Both the position numbers and the translations under genes were made by a program. Under the pieces are notes generated by a model. It was not told the origin of the DNA and did no database searches. It was given only the letters and a program-made list of their open reading frames with translations. Positions 27,205 to 39,789 of a DNA stretch of 64,000 bases are shown piece after piece. This stretch comes from Gnetum montanum (taxonomy: Eukaryota; Plantae; Gnetophyta). Each line of letters begins with the position of its first letter. The stretch's first letter is position 1. The stretch spans positions 1,359,403-1,423,402 of the forward strand of contig MNCI01002813.1 in the NCBI GenBank assembly GCA_015680685.1, read 5' to 3'.

Positions 27205-28039
27205 TGATCAGTTGTAGTTCTATCAGCTATGTCAATGAGGCCTAGTTGACATGATTCGACGTGGCCCTATCGACGTAGTGTCTATAGTTGGCTATAAATA
27301 CGTGTCCACTAGCTACATTTATGAAAATAGAGATTGTAGTTGTAGTAAAGCTCTTGCAGTTTTTCCATTTGAAAGTTAAAATTTTTCTCCCAAGTGCTCG
27401 TAGCAAGAGTCATTAAGTATACAGATCTTTATTCGAGCATTATTGTACTTGAGCACGATAGTGTGTGTGGAAATAAAGATGAGCTTTCTAATAAACCTTA
27501 TAGTATTTTGGATAGATTAAATATTTTATTGATATGTTAAATATTATTAATTATTTATTAAAATTTTTTAGTTATTTATTAAATATTTTCTAGTAATTAA
27601 GATTAATGAAGCAATTAGATAAGATAAGCAAGATAGATTAAACACATAAGTATGACCACTTTGAGCGTAGCACATATTTACTTGGTAATCCTAGTAGCAT
27701 TACTGCTTGGTACGCTTAGTAGTGTAGCACTTGGTCACCTAGTAGTAGATATGTGGGTTTAGGACATATATGAAAAGTGGGACTAGATGCTTATGTTAGG
27801 ACTAGTTAGACATTAGTAAATTAGTTAAATTAAATTAGTTACTCCAACTACTTTATTTCTCTTTAAGCACCAAAACCATAAAAATATAAAATGATAAAAA
27901 TTAGATGCCTCGATTACACTTAACCATACCATTGTACATCACAAGTGTAATTGGGAAGACAACNNNNNNNNNNNNNNNNNNNNNNNNNNNNNNNNNNNNN
28001 NNNNNNNNNNNNNNNNNNNNNNNNNNNNNNNNNNNNNNA

Positions 28040-31000
28040 TGTTTTATTTCATATTGCAAAATATCTTCTTCTCACAAGCATGAAGATGTCAAACTACTAG
28101 TTCCATAGGAGTGCAAAGAGGTATATACTCATCCAAATGAGTATGTACCATACTTCACCTTCATCCTACANNNNNNNNNNNNNNNNNNNNNNNNNNNNNN
28201 NNNNNNNNNNNNNNNNNNNNNNNNNNATTGATCTGTGTTTGAGATCTTGTTTCAAACCCTTAAGAAGTTGGGCATTGTAGATCTTCATGAAGAATATGTT
28301 ATGAGTGGTTATGATACTTAGAACTACTATCCCACTGAAACACAACACAAGTGAGATCAACATTAGGAGAAGCTCCATGAGGCTATGAAGGGGAAATATT
28401 TTACTAATCCCTTGTTCCTACTAGATCAAGATGACAATGAGGATCCTCACTTTGAAGGTTCTCAACATGAAGATGCTCCACCCCCTGTTATTGGTGATGA
28501 GGGTGTGAACCTAAACCTATGATCCACTATTTACAAACTTGGTTCAAGAAGAAGTGACAGCCAAGGTAGTGACTCGGGCAAGCATCATAATAGCAAGTGA
28601 TCTAAGAATGATGGTTGTAATAAGAAAAAAAGTGATGGTAGAGATGGCAGTGGTGGTGGTGGTGGTCCATCTTCCTGTTCACCCTCTTCATCTGATTTTG
28701 AGCATTCCTCTTTCTTTGATGGTTCTCTTAGCTACCATCATCAAAATAATTGTGATGAAGGTGATCAATGAGATAACAATGACCTTAAAGGCCACCAAGA
28801 TCGAAGGGGTGGCTGAAACCATCATTAGTGTCATCGACGTAGTGATGATGATGAACCTCTATTAGCCACTCAAAGTATGCTCAACATTGCAAAGGAAATT
28901 ATAATTCCAACTAGGCATATGAAAGACAATAGGATTAAGAACTTAGACATAAACAATATTTTAAGATTTGAGGGGGGATACAACTCTGATCCATAGACAC
29001 ATCTACAAGATTTCCATGATGCCTATGCCTTATAGAACATAAAAAATGAGTGGCAAAAACTCAGGCTCTTCCCTAGGACACTCATCAAGGAAGCTAAAAG
29101 CTAGTACCAATCCTTAGAGTTGAAATCCATTCTTTGATGGAGTACCATGTTAGAGCTATTTAATGATAAATATCAGATGTCCTCCAAAGTGTTTAATTTA
29201 AGAAGGAAAATCTAAGGTTGAAAATAGGGAATACATGAACCCTTGTATGCCTCCATGGATAGATACTATTCACTCTTACCTCAATGCTTTGGCCATGGGA
29301 ACAACTTCACCACATCATAGATGGACTTAGAGTAGAAACTAGAGGGTGTATGCATAAGGAAGATTTTCTAAACTAAGAGTTTATTAGATCTAAAGGTTAA
29401 TTGAGAAAGTAGCAAAAGAAGAAGGTGAGCTATGAAAGAGGGAAAGTGTAGAAGAGTATAATAGGGATCCTTCCATCAGGAAATGGAAGGTCTGATTTCA
29501 TGACAAGGAGGAGTCATCGCTTGATGAAGTGGTGAACAGGAAGACCTTACCCATTCAAAAATCCATTTCTAATATTTCAGCAAAGGTTGATAAACTATGG
29601 GGCTCTTTGGATGAAAAATTTCAAACTTCTATAATGATTGTTGAAGAATCCAAAGAGCAAAATAGTGATCATAATCATAGAAGGTAAAAAGAAGTTGAAT
29701 GTTCCTACCAAAGAGGTAAGGGTAAAGCTACAACGTAGAGGAAGTTGTGGAAATAAACTCTAATGATGAAACTAATTATGACATTTGTCAATATGAACAT
29801 CCTAATGGTTGTTGCCCTATGGTGTCACATTTACAAGAGTTTGAAGTGTATGCATTGAATCCTTGACTAGCATGTAGCCAAGAACCTAGATGATTGCCTT
29901 ATCCTCATGGTAATCTAAGGCAGATCCACTAGCAACAAGAAGCTTACTACCCAAGTGGAACTCCTCCACAACCTTATGAACAATACCAATAGTGGTGCCA
30001 ACCACAATCATGGGGAATTCCATTGCCAAGGTAGTAATACCCTTATAGGCAACTAGATCTATATAGGTGCTATGTTCAACAACCCGTCTCTCTAGGAAGT
30101 TCTACAAGTCATACTACATTTCAGCATCACTATTATCCTCCAAAGTACCACCGAACACATTCACCATCTACTCAAGGGAAAAAATCGTATCCATATCACC
30201 CTCCACATCCATCTACACACATACCTCCACCTTCAACCTAGTTACCTCTTGCTCCATCCATGTAGGATGAGATTCCTTCATAACCATAATAATAAAATGC
30301 TATGAGGGCTATACATTCATAATCGACTTTCCAACTGAGTGGTTTAGATAATAAATCCAGAAAAAGATCTTTCTTTCAACCTAGTAGTCCTCTCTAAGCC
30401 TCACAATCTAGTCCAACTAATCATCTTGCATCTCCAATATCCTCAACCTTTGCATCAAATACCTTCAAGTACCCTTAAAACCAAGTGTTGCCTCATATTC
30501 AAACTATGATGCTAACTCATGCTATTTCCAACTGGATCAAGGTTGGTAATCTTCCCATGAAAAGATTTGACCTAGGAAGTTCACTCATTTACTTGTAGAT
30601 CACTAGACATGAGCCATGCATGGCTTTTCTTAACTCTAGTTCCAGAGTTAATCTCATCTCCCATGATATGTACAAGGCTTGGAACCTACCACCTCTCAAG
30701 AAGAGCAACATCTATCTAGAATTAGTAGATTAGTCAATTACTATCCCTTTGGGATTAGTAGAGGACATTGTGACCACAGTTTATGGGTGGTCCTATGCTA
30801 TTGATTTTCTAATGATCAAGGTTGACAACTACAAAAGTGATTTCCCCAACATTATGGGATGAGCATGGTTAAGCATGATCGATGCACATATGGGTATAAG
30901 GGATCTCTATTTAGAAATATCAAAAGAAAATGAATTGGGCATGATGCAGAAGAAGCATATTCCATGCATCACATACAGTGATAATGGGTGCAATTGCATG

Positions 31001-34000
31001 CAAAAGATTTGATTCATCAAAAGTACATATATTAAAGAATGTAATTAGTGTGCACAAGAAATTAATATTCAAAGGTGTCTGTATGCAGCAACCACAAAAC
31101 AAGAGAGCACCCATTGGCTGATAGCTAACTCAAATAGCAACACATTATGCATGGAACCAACTGAGATCCTAATATGTGCTTATGTTGACGACATGGAAAA
31201 AATTGAATAGGTGCATTCCCAACTCTTTGAAGAAGATGATGACACTTTTTGGGAAGAGTTGAAAATCCCTGATAACTTCAAGCAGGAGCCTCTAGAGCTA
31301 AAAAATTTACTAGCCAGTATGGAGTATGCATTCTTAAACAATGGTAAAAAAATCATAATTAATGCCAAAATTACTCTTAAATAAAAAGAAAAGCTATTGA
31401 AGGTAATTAACAAATGGCTAACAGCTCTCCCAAGTTGACTGCAATTGATGAAAGGATATGCCAATATCACATTTACACTAACTTGCCCATGAAGCCTAGA
31501 CGGTAGTCATAGAGGTGGTTGAACAACTCCTCAAGGCAGGGTTCATCTATCCCATTGTGAATAGTGAGCGGGGTAGCCCAGTCATAATTGTATTGAAGAA
31601 AAATGGCAAATGACAAGTCTACATTGACTTTAGGCTATTAAATAGGACAACATTTAAAAATGATTTTCCATTGCCATTTTTGAATCAAGTGTTAGACATC
31701 ATATTTTGCATTGTTATTATAGCTTCTTGGATGGTTATAGTGGCTATAACCAAATCCAAATTACACTAGAAGATCAAGCCAAGACAACATTCATGAGTCC
31801 TTGGGGAACTTTTGCATATTGTAAGATGTCATTTAGTCTATGTAATGCCCCCATAACATTCCAACGTCTGGTCCTTAGTATTTTTTAATAGTAGATTGAT
31901 AGTGGTGTGGAAGTCTTCATGGATGGCTTTTCCACCTATGGAGCTACATTTGAGCAAGATTTGGACCAACTTGAGTAAGTATTGAAGAGATGTGTTGAAA
32001 CAAACCTACTACTCAACTAGCAAAAGAGCCATCTCATGGTCTAGGAAGGCATTGTGCTAGGGCATCGAATTTTACAAAAATGGATTGAGGTAGACCTGGA
32101 AAAGATAAGGTTCATCCAATGAATAACACACCAACTAGAGACCATTAAAGATGTTTGGTCATTCCTTGGATACATTGGCTACTATTGGTGATTCATAGAG
32201 AATTTCCCTAAGATCACAAAACCATTAGTAGAATTTACAAAGAAAGATGCACCTTTCATCTAGATCAAGGAATGTGAACATGCATTCCAACAGTTAAAAG
32301 AAAAACTCATAGAAACACCAATCCTACGACCACCAAAGTGGTCCAGACCCTTTCACATCATGAAAAATGCATCTAACTATGCCTTGGGAGTAGTGTTCAC
32401 GTAGATGGATGATAAGAAACATCCATACTACATACACTATATAAGCTGAAGCATTGTGGAAGCACAGTTAAATTACATCACAATGAAAAAAGAACAAATG
32501 GCAATGGTGTATGCTATTGAAAAGTTCAAGCACTATGTGCTTGGCTACAAAGTATTTGTACACATGGACCATAGTGCAATCTAGTTCCTCATGAACAAGC
32601 CAACAGTGAGATCTCATGTCAAATGGTGGCCTGTGATCTTTTAGGAATTCAATCTCACGATGGTAGATCAAAAAGGGACTGAGAATGTTGTCATTGACCA
32701 CCTCTCTCAATTAAGATGAAATAATAAAGAGAAGGAGAGCTTGCTCTCTAATCAATTTTCAGATGAACTCCTCTTTACAAAAGTAATAAGTGAAAAAACA
32801 TCCACAAAAACAACATGGTACAATGGCATCCTCACTTTTCTTCTGACTTAGGAGATGCCACAAGATCTTGACTTTAGATAGAAGCAACAATTTCTTCATC
32901 AGGCCAAATATTTCATGGAAATCAATGGACACCTCTACAAATTATGTGCAAATGGCCTGATTTGTTGGTGTGTGCTTAATGAAGATCAACTACACATTCT
33001 CTAAGATGTTCATGAAGGGCCTTGTAGAGGCCACTATGCAGGGAGATGCACAACCATAAAATTCCTAATAGTAGGATACTATTGGCCTACAATTTTTAGG
33101 GATGCCTATCAATTTATTAGATTTTGTGAATGTTTCCAATGAGATGGTGAGATGATCACTTGCATGGAAGGTCCTTAACAATGGATTCAACCACTAGAAC
33201 CTTTTGACATATGGGGCATTGACTTCATGGGTCCCATGAAACCCATGTCCAATGAAAAGGCATATATTATTGTAGTAGTTGACTACTAAAAAAAATGGGT
33301 AGAAGCAGTAGCTGTTACTGATTGTACATCATCCACCATTGCTAGATTTATACAACAAAATATTATAAATAGGTTTGGGATGCCACATTCACTAATTTCT
33401 GACAATGGAACTCATTTCATGGGTGCCACCTTTAGAAAGTTGATGCAACACTTAGGGGTTGAACATAAATTAACAATACCTTACCACCTTCAAGCCAACG
33501 GTTAAGTAGAAGTAACTAACTAGGAGATCATAAAAATACTAATGTGGACCATTAGAAAATATAGGAAATATTGAAGTGCAAAACTTAACGATGCCCTCTG
33601 GGCTTATCATTCAACATGGAAACTTCCTATTGGCTATTCTCCCTACAAGTTAGTGTATGGAAAACTTCAAATGCTCTCAATTCAATTCAAGTTCTGTACA
33701 CTCTCAACATCCTATAATCTAAATCTTGACCTATGTCTAGAATAGAAAGAAAGAATAATCAATTTTAATGTGTTAGATGAAAATCTATTAGTGGTCCTAT
33801 CTTTGAATGAGGTGCACAAGGCATTCAATAAGCAATGTCATGACCTAAGAATATGAAAGGTAAAATTTCAACCAAGAGATAAGGTCCTTTGCTAAAACCC
33901 TACACATGTACCCCAAATGGTAAAATCTCAAACATTGTGGGAGGGACCTTATATAATTGGTAAAACCTTTCCCTCTAAGGCCATGTTAATCTACAAACTT

Positions 34001-34070
34001 AAAAGCCCAAATAAAAATTAGTTGGCCAACATCCGACAAGTAAAACCTTTCTTAGAACCAAGATAGGCCA
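28040..34070 (+). pseudogene. Element A gag-pol (gag, protease, RT, RNase H, integrase), degenerate
   Basis: [71 protein letters not shown]; many stops. Confidence 0.92.
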
Positions 34071-35734
34071 GCGCGACTACCACCTCAATAGATGGACAAC
34101 CATGTTCCATTTTTTGAATCTCCTTCATCCAACTCAGTCATGGGGTAGAAGGCCATCCATGCTAAGCATCCATAAGGCTTCTTAGTTTTTCTACTTTTTG
34201 TTTTCCACATTTTTTATTTTGTGAATTATTTATTTTACAAATTTTTGGATTTTCAAATTTTTCTAATTTTACACCATCACTAGTACCTTTGAGCCTTTCT
34301 TGATTATTTTACACTTTCTTATATATTTTACTTTATTTTTTTTTATTTTTTTTGTTCAAGGGTGATATTTTCTCATTTTTGCTAATAAAATTACTTTATT
34401 GCCACAAGACACAATGTTGTTATTGCTATTTACTAATGATGGTTTATGCTTAATGTTGTGATTGTCGATGTCTAGTGTCAATTTTTGAATTCTAATGTCT
34501 GATGAATTTGACATGGTTTATTATTCAGAATAGGTGGTGAGTCCATGTCATCCACCCATTCAATAAACTCTATGGTTTTTCTTGTTCTAGGAATTTGAGG
34601 TCCCTTCCATTAAAGAACCTTTTAATCAATTGGTGACCATGGTAGTTCCAAAATCAGGAAGGATTCAAAGGCTTGTAAAGGGTGTGACTTCAAGGGGACT
34701 CAATAATATTTGTACTCTTCTACTTGGTTGAGTGCTTTTCATGGACTTCTTATTGTTCCACACCAACCACTGATATGAAGTCAAATAAAGTTTTTGCATG
34801 GTGTTGTTCCCATCCAAAAAACAAAAATAAAAATAAAAATGATGGTAATTCAAAGCACACCCCTTAGACATGAATAAGTCCTTGCATGGTGTGGTTTCCA
34901 TTTAAAAAAAAATGGAATTCAAAGCATACCCCTTGGACAAATAAATGGCCTACAAGCACTAGTTATGGGACTCGAAAGACATGCACCTATGCCTGAAGGT
35001 ACCCTCTAATTAAGGCCCTCTCTCTCACTTCCTACTTCTCTTTATGGAACGATGGTTATTTTGTCGAAGCACTATTGTGTCTTGTATTAGTGGATCGATC
35101 TTAGACTGGTGATATGAAGTCATTGAAAGTGGTTAGTTTTGGTCTAAACTAAGGGTGGATCTTTCTAGGTCATTTTAACCACAAATTCTGTAAGGTACTT
35201 CTTATGACCTCAATTCGAGACTCCATTCCACCTTCTCTATGATCCATCTATGCTACCATAACTCACCTCACTATCATGTTTTATGTTATGCTCTATATCT
35301 TGGTCTAATGTACTGGAATTCTTGAGTAGATTCTCTCTAGTTGCTCCTTAACTTTTCATGGTTATTAAATTGAATATGGGGCCCATGGACTCCTTAGTTA
35401 AGGTTATGCAAGGGCAACAAGGGCATAAGCCTACTATGGGGAGGACCCACTTGCATAGCTCTTAGCTTTATTAGTTAAGGTTCCTTACCTTTGACATTAC
35501 CACAATCCTATCTTTCACATATTCCATTATGTATTTTGCTTAGTGCTTCTTAATATTTTATTTTATTTATCTCCATTTTTCCAAATTTATGAGCTTCAAC
35601 ACCTTCTTCTCATGTTTTCATACTATTCTTGGCCTTTTGAGCTTTCATTTAATCCTAATTTCATTCAAAAACTCTTCATATTTTGCAAGTTTGACCAAAG
35701 TCAATGATCATCTATGGTGGTCAAAGGTTGTGTC

Positions 35735-36269
35735 CTCAAGGCCTCGACGACGTAGCCTTTCTCATTGACAAGGCCTAGTCAACTAGGCATCATCAACGTA
35801 GTGCAAAAATCCTATATATACCACCATGCACTTAGAAATTTTTTGTCATTTTCTCATAACACACAGGAAGTTTTTGCAATTTTTTAGGCCCAAAACCTTC
35901 CAGATCCCTTAACTTCCTAATCATTTATCCAAATCACTCCAGTCTTTAACCCTACACTTATCAGAGGTAAGATCTTTATCATGGGGGCCACAAAACTTAT
36001 GGTTTCTGATGAAAATTTTTGAAAATTTTTCTAACCCTAAAGGGTTAGTAAACTTAGCAATATACAAACATCAATTTTTTCAAGATTTAACCCTTCCAAA
36101 AACCTTTAGGATGGTTTATTAAAAATAATACATAAATAAATAATAATTGGAGTAATTAAATTAGCCATAATCACAACTTAGCCAAGTGTTACTATTCCAA
36201 AGAGAAAGGTATTCTAATTGCTTCATGTTACACAATGATTACTAATCCATGTTCTTATTGTGATTACAG
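35735..36269 (+). promoter_or_regulatory. Putative internal promoter and 5'UTR intron for the env-like ORF of A
   Basis: LTR-like motifs, TATATATA at ~35813, donor AG|GTAAGA at 35967, branch-like TTACTAAT at ~36240, acceptor TTACAG|ATG at 36269/36270. Confidence 0.55.
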
Positions 36270-39000
36270 ATGGAAAAAAAATCTAAACACTTGTAAGAAG
36301 GAAATCCTCTCAACCAAGGGAGAAGTGGCCCAAATCTGAAATCATCAAAGGCAACCCATGCAATGAGACCTCTTCGTGAGGAGCCTGAAGTGGAATCTTT
36401 CTAATAGATTCCAGAAGAAGAAGTATCTACTGAAAAAATCATAGTGAGGAGAAGTGCTTGGACCCACACCAAGACTTGATGTCACTTTGACTCAAGTCTA
36501 TCTTGACATCATCAAGTCCTAAGAAATTCAACAATAAGTCCTTCAGGAGATCAGCTTTGAGCCATTCCTTGAGAAAGCTCTAGCAGATATCAAGTCTCAA
36601 CTGCAAGCCTCTCCCATGTGGCCAATAATCACATCTAGTGGGGAGTGGTATATGGAAGAGACATATCTCTTCTAGAGCAATATAAGGCCAAGGTCCACTA
36701 TCAAAATCAAGGATATTCAAGTATCCTACTTAGTAGAAGCTATCACATAGGCACTTGGGTTGCCTAAAATTGGAACATAGTTGTTGGAACTATCAACGCA
36801 AGGTGATCCTAAGGCTAAGAAGGAGTAGACCTAGTAATGCTATGGAGTTGACCATAAGGGTTACAGTGTGCTCACACTAATAGAATACATCTATTTTAAA
36901 ATCGTAGCCTATCACCTCAACCTAATGGTGAGGCCAAGTAAGGTGACTACCTTCTCTGTTTGAGCATGCACTGCTCTAAGTGAAAATTTTCTCATCAACC
37001 TTTCAAAACTACTCTACTTGGAGATTGAGAAGTGTTTTAAAGAAAACAAACATGGAAGAAAAACCTTGTCCTTTCCATGCCTCATCCAAAAACTCTGCAA
37101 AAGGGTAAGAATTATTTGCTACTTCAATGATACACTTAGGCATACTCCTTTGGCCTCATGGTCCAAGATCTTGAAAGAGAAGATGCCAGCGATAACCTAA
37201 GAAGGGGACCAACTGCCACCACCACCCACTTAAGAAACAACACCATAGGCCTATGCAGCCATTGAGCATTTGCACAAAATTTGAGAGTAGCTCTTAAGTG
37301 AATAGGAACAAGTGAGGAAAATCCATCTGCATACTGATCAGTGATGAATCATCTTAATGAGGTGGCCTAAAAAATTAGCTAGATGGAGAGGGGTGGACCA
37401 ATCTTCTCTGCCCAACAAATGTAGTTGTCTACAAGGTTGGATCCCAATGCTCAAGAGGTGAAAGTGTCTTTATCTCAACACCATCTATTCCAAAAATTAT
37501 CTAGGAATGCTACCACTTTCTCAGCGCATTTGGAAGAAGGTGAAGGGGTAATTATCTTGGTGATGTAGCACCAAGGGTAGGAAAAAATAGCTAAAGTGGG
37601 TGTTGATCATTTCATTAAAGCATTAAATGCATATGTGGCATTTATAATAGACATATTTGCACTTCAAGACATGCAGATGTCCACAGGCATGGTCAATGAA
37701 AAGTTCAATGCAGCCCAGCATGAAGACTTGTTGGAATGACTGGTGGGAACTAGGTAACCAAATTTGAATATCTTTGATTTTCTAGAAGACATCATTGCAA
37801 CCTAGTAAAAGCTACTAAATGCAAGGGGAAAATGCATTATTTTGGAGGGGCAACTTGAAATGGCTCAAGAACAAAATCAATGTTTGGCTACAGAGGTTGC
37901 TGAACTACGTGCCTGATTTGTTGATCTTGTGATTCTTAGTTCAATAGTAACAAGAGATGAAGCTTTTAAATAGCTTCAAGAATGATTCCAGAAGGCTAAG
38001 GAAGAGGTCCATAGCTAAAGAAAAAATGTATTTAATTTAGAAGAACTTGGCACAAATGTGCTAGGAGAATGAGACCTTGATTGCACAAAATTATTGTATG
38101 TGCAATGTTGATACTCAAAAGGACAAAATGCAAGAATTTATTTATCAACAGTAGGAGCAGCTTGTTAGGGTGAACATTGAATTAAGGAGATTGGCCATAG
38201 AGAATTGAAATCTATCAATAGAGGAAGTGTGTGACTTGCACCAGAAGTCTACCATCAAAAATGCCACCTGGAAGAATGAGGCTTTGAAGTTTGAAAAAGT
38301 GAAGAATTACTACAAAGATTAGGTTGTCTAGCAGAAGGAAGTCAACAAAAAACATATTCAAATGACAAAGGCAAAAATGAATGAAGCCCTCTAGCAACTC
38401 CAACAAGGAAAAGAAGTTTGGCAACCCATCATTGATAGGATTGACACCTACAACAAAGAGGATATCCTCTTGAAGGAGTTACAAATAGAAGAGATGACAG
38501 AGTATATGGAGTTAGCCAATCTCCTATATGCAAACCTAGTAATTTTGACTGCTAGACATTTGTGGTTAAAGTTGGAGAAACAAGTGGCTAGCTTGTATTT
38601 ATTATACAAGGTCAAGTTCAAGCACCACAAAGACATCAAGCAGAAGCTTGAGACTGCAAATTCTAAACTTGAGGTTCTCAAACCATGGTTTAGAGATCAA
38701 TGATCAATCACTAAGAACCTGGCCAAATGGATAAATGATTACCAAGAGCTGAAGGACACAATTAGGATATTCAACATTAAACATAAACAATTGACTATTT
38801 GGTTCATTAACACAAAGGAGTTATTTCTAGCAATCCCATGATCCTAAGATGTGCCTATTTCAACCCACATTGGGGAAGTTGTGCGAATAGTGCATGATCT
38901 CAAAAGTAAGAAGAAAAAAATGAAAGCACTGTTGGATGCTTTCCACCTCTCACCTGAAGTTGCAGCAGTAGCAGGATAGTTTTTGCCACCTTAATCATTG
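36270..39000 (+). pseudogene. Athila env-like/extra ORF (transposon-protein-like N-part, long coiled-coil C-part), degenerate
   Basis: Sense-strand coding remnants between INT and the 3' LTR (37018-37200 ...LSFPCLIQKLC; 38470-38703 heptad-rich). Confidence 0.65.
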
Positions 39001-39313
39001 CTCATGCATGAAGCCGATAAACGTCCTTTGGATCCTCAAGAACCACCACTACTTGGGACCATTTGATCTTCTCCATCACACTTTATGCTATCAAGGAACA
39101 TGCTATCCAATTTTGAAGAGTCTTATCATGGTGTTTAATTTTGTGTCCTGAACACCACCATTTTTTGTAATGTTTTGATCTGTACACTCGGGCACTCCAT
39201 TTTTTGTCAAAGTTAATTTGTCTATTTTGTTTTTGAAAGGGTAATTAATGATCTTGTACCTTCCCAATTTTGTAAATAACTTAAGGAAATCTTTTCATTC
39301 AGTCATGGGTGTA

Positions 39314-39783
39314 TGATGAGTCACAGTTATGTTAGCTGCATCGATAAGGCCTTGTTGACGAGACCTAGTTGATGCATCATATCATGCATTGACATGGCCT
39401 CGTTGACATAGTGTTTGTAGTTGGCTATAAATACGCATCCATCAACTACATTTATGGTAATAGGGATTATAGTTGTAGTGAAGCTCTTGTAGTTTGTCCA
39501 TTTGAAAGTTAGATTTTTTCTCTTAAGTGCTGCAGTAGGAGTCATTGAGTGTATAGACCTTTATTCGATCATTATTGTACTTAAGCATGACAGTGTGTGC
39601 GGCCATAAAGATGAGCTTTTTGATAAACCTTGCAACATTTTGGATAGATTAAATATTTTATTTATGCATTAAATGTTCTCAATTATTTATTAAATATTTT
39701 TAGTTATTTATTAAATATTTTCTAGTAATTAATATTAATGAAGTAATTAAATAAGGTAAGCAAGATAGATTAAACACATAAGT
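39314..39783 (+). repeat. Truncated 3' LTR of element A
   Basis: Colinear with 27205-27652. Confidence 0.9.
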
Positions 39784-39789
39784 CTAATA

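Larger units (their letters stand above)
27205..39783 (+). mobile_element. Element A: Athila-like LTR retrotransposon with env-like ORF, inserted antisense into B integrase; 3' LTR truncated
   Basis: 5' LTR starts TGATCAG at 27205 and runs into the gap at 27964. 3' LTR starts TGATGAG at 39314 after PPT TTCAGTCATGGGTGTA and breaks off at ~39783. Confidence 0.9.

Noticed and set aside
28539-28865. Val/Ile/Met-rich ORFs (also 16646-16874, 21238-21744, 60128-60577)
   Set aside because: Off-frame or antisense translations of Asp/His/Gly-rich gag low-complexity sequence.
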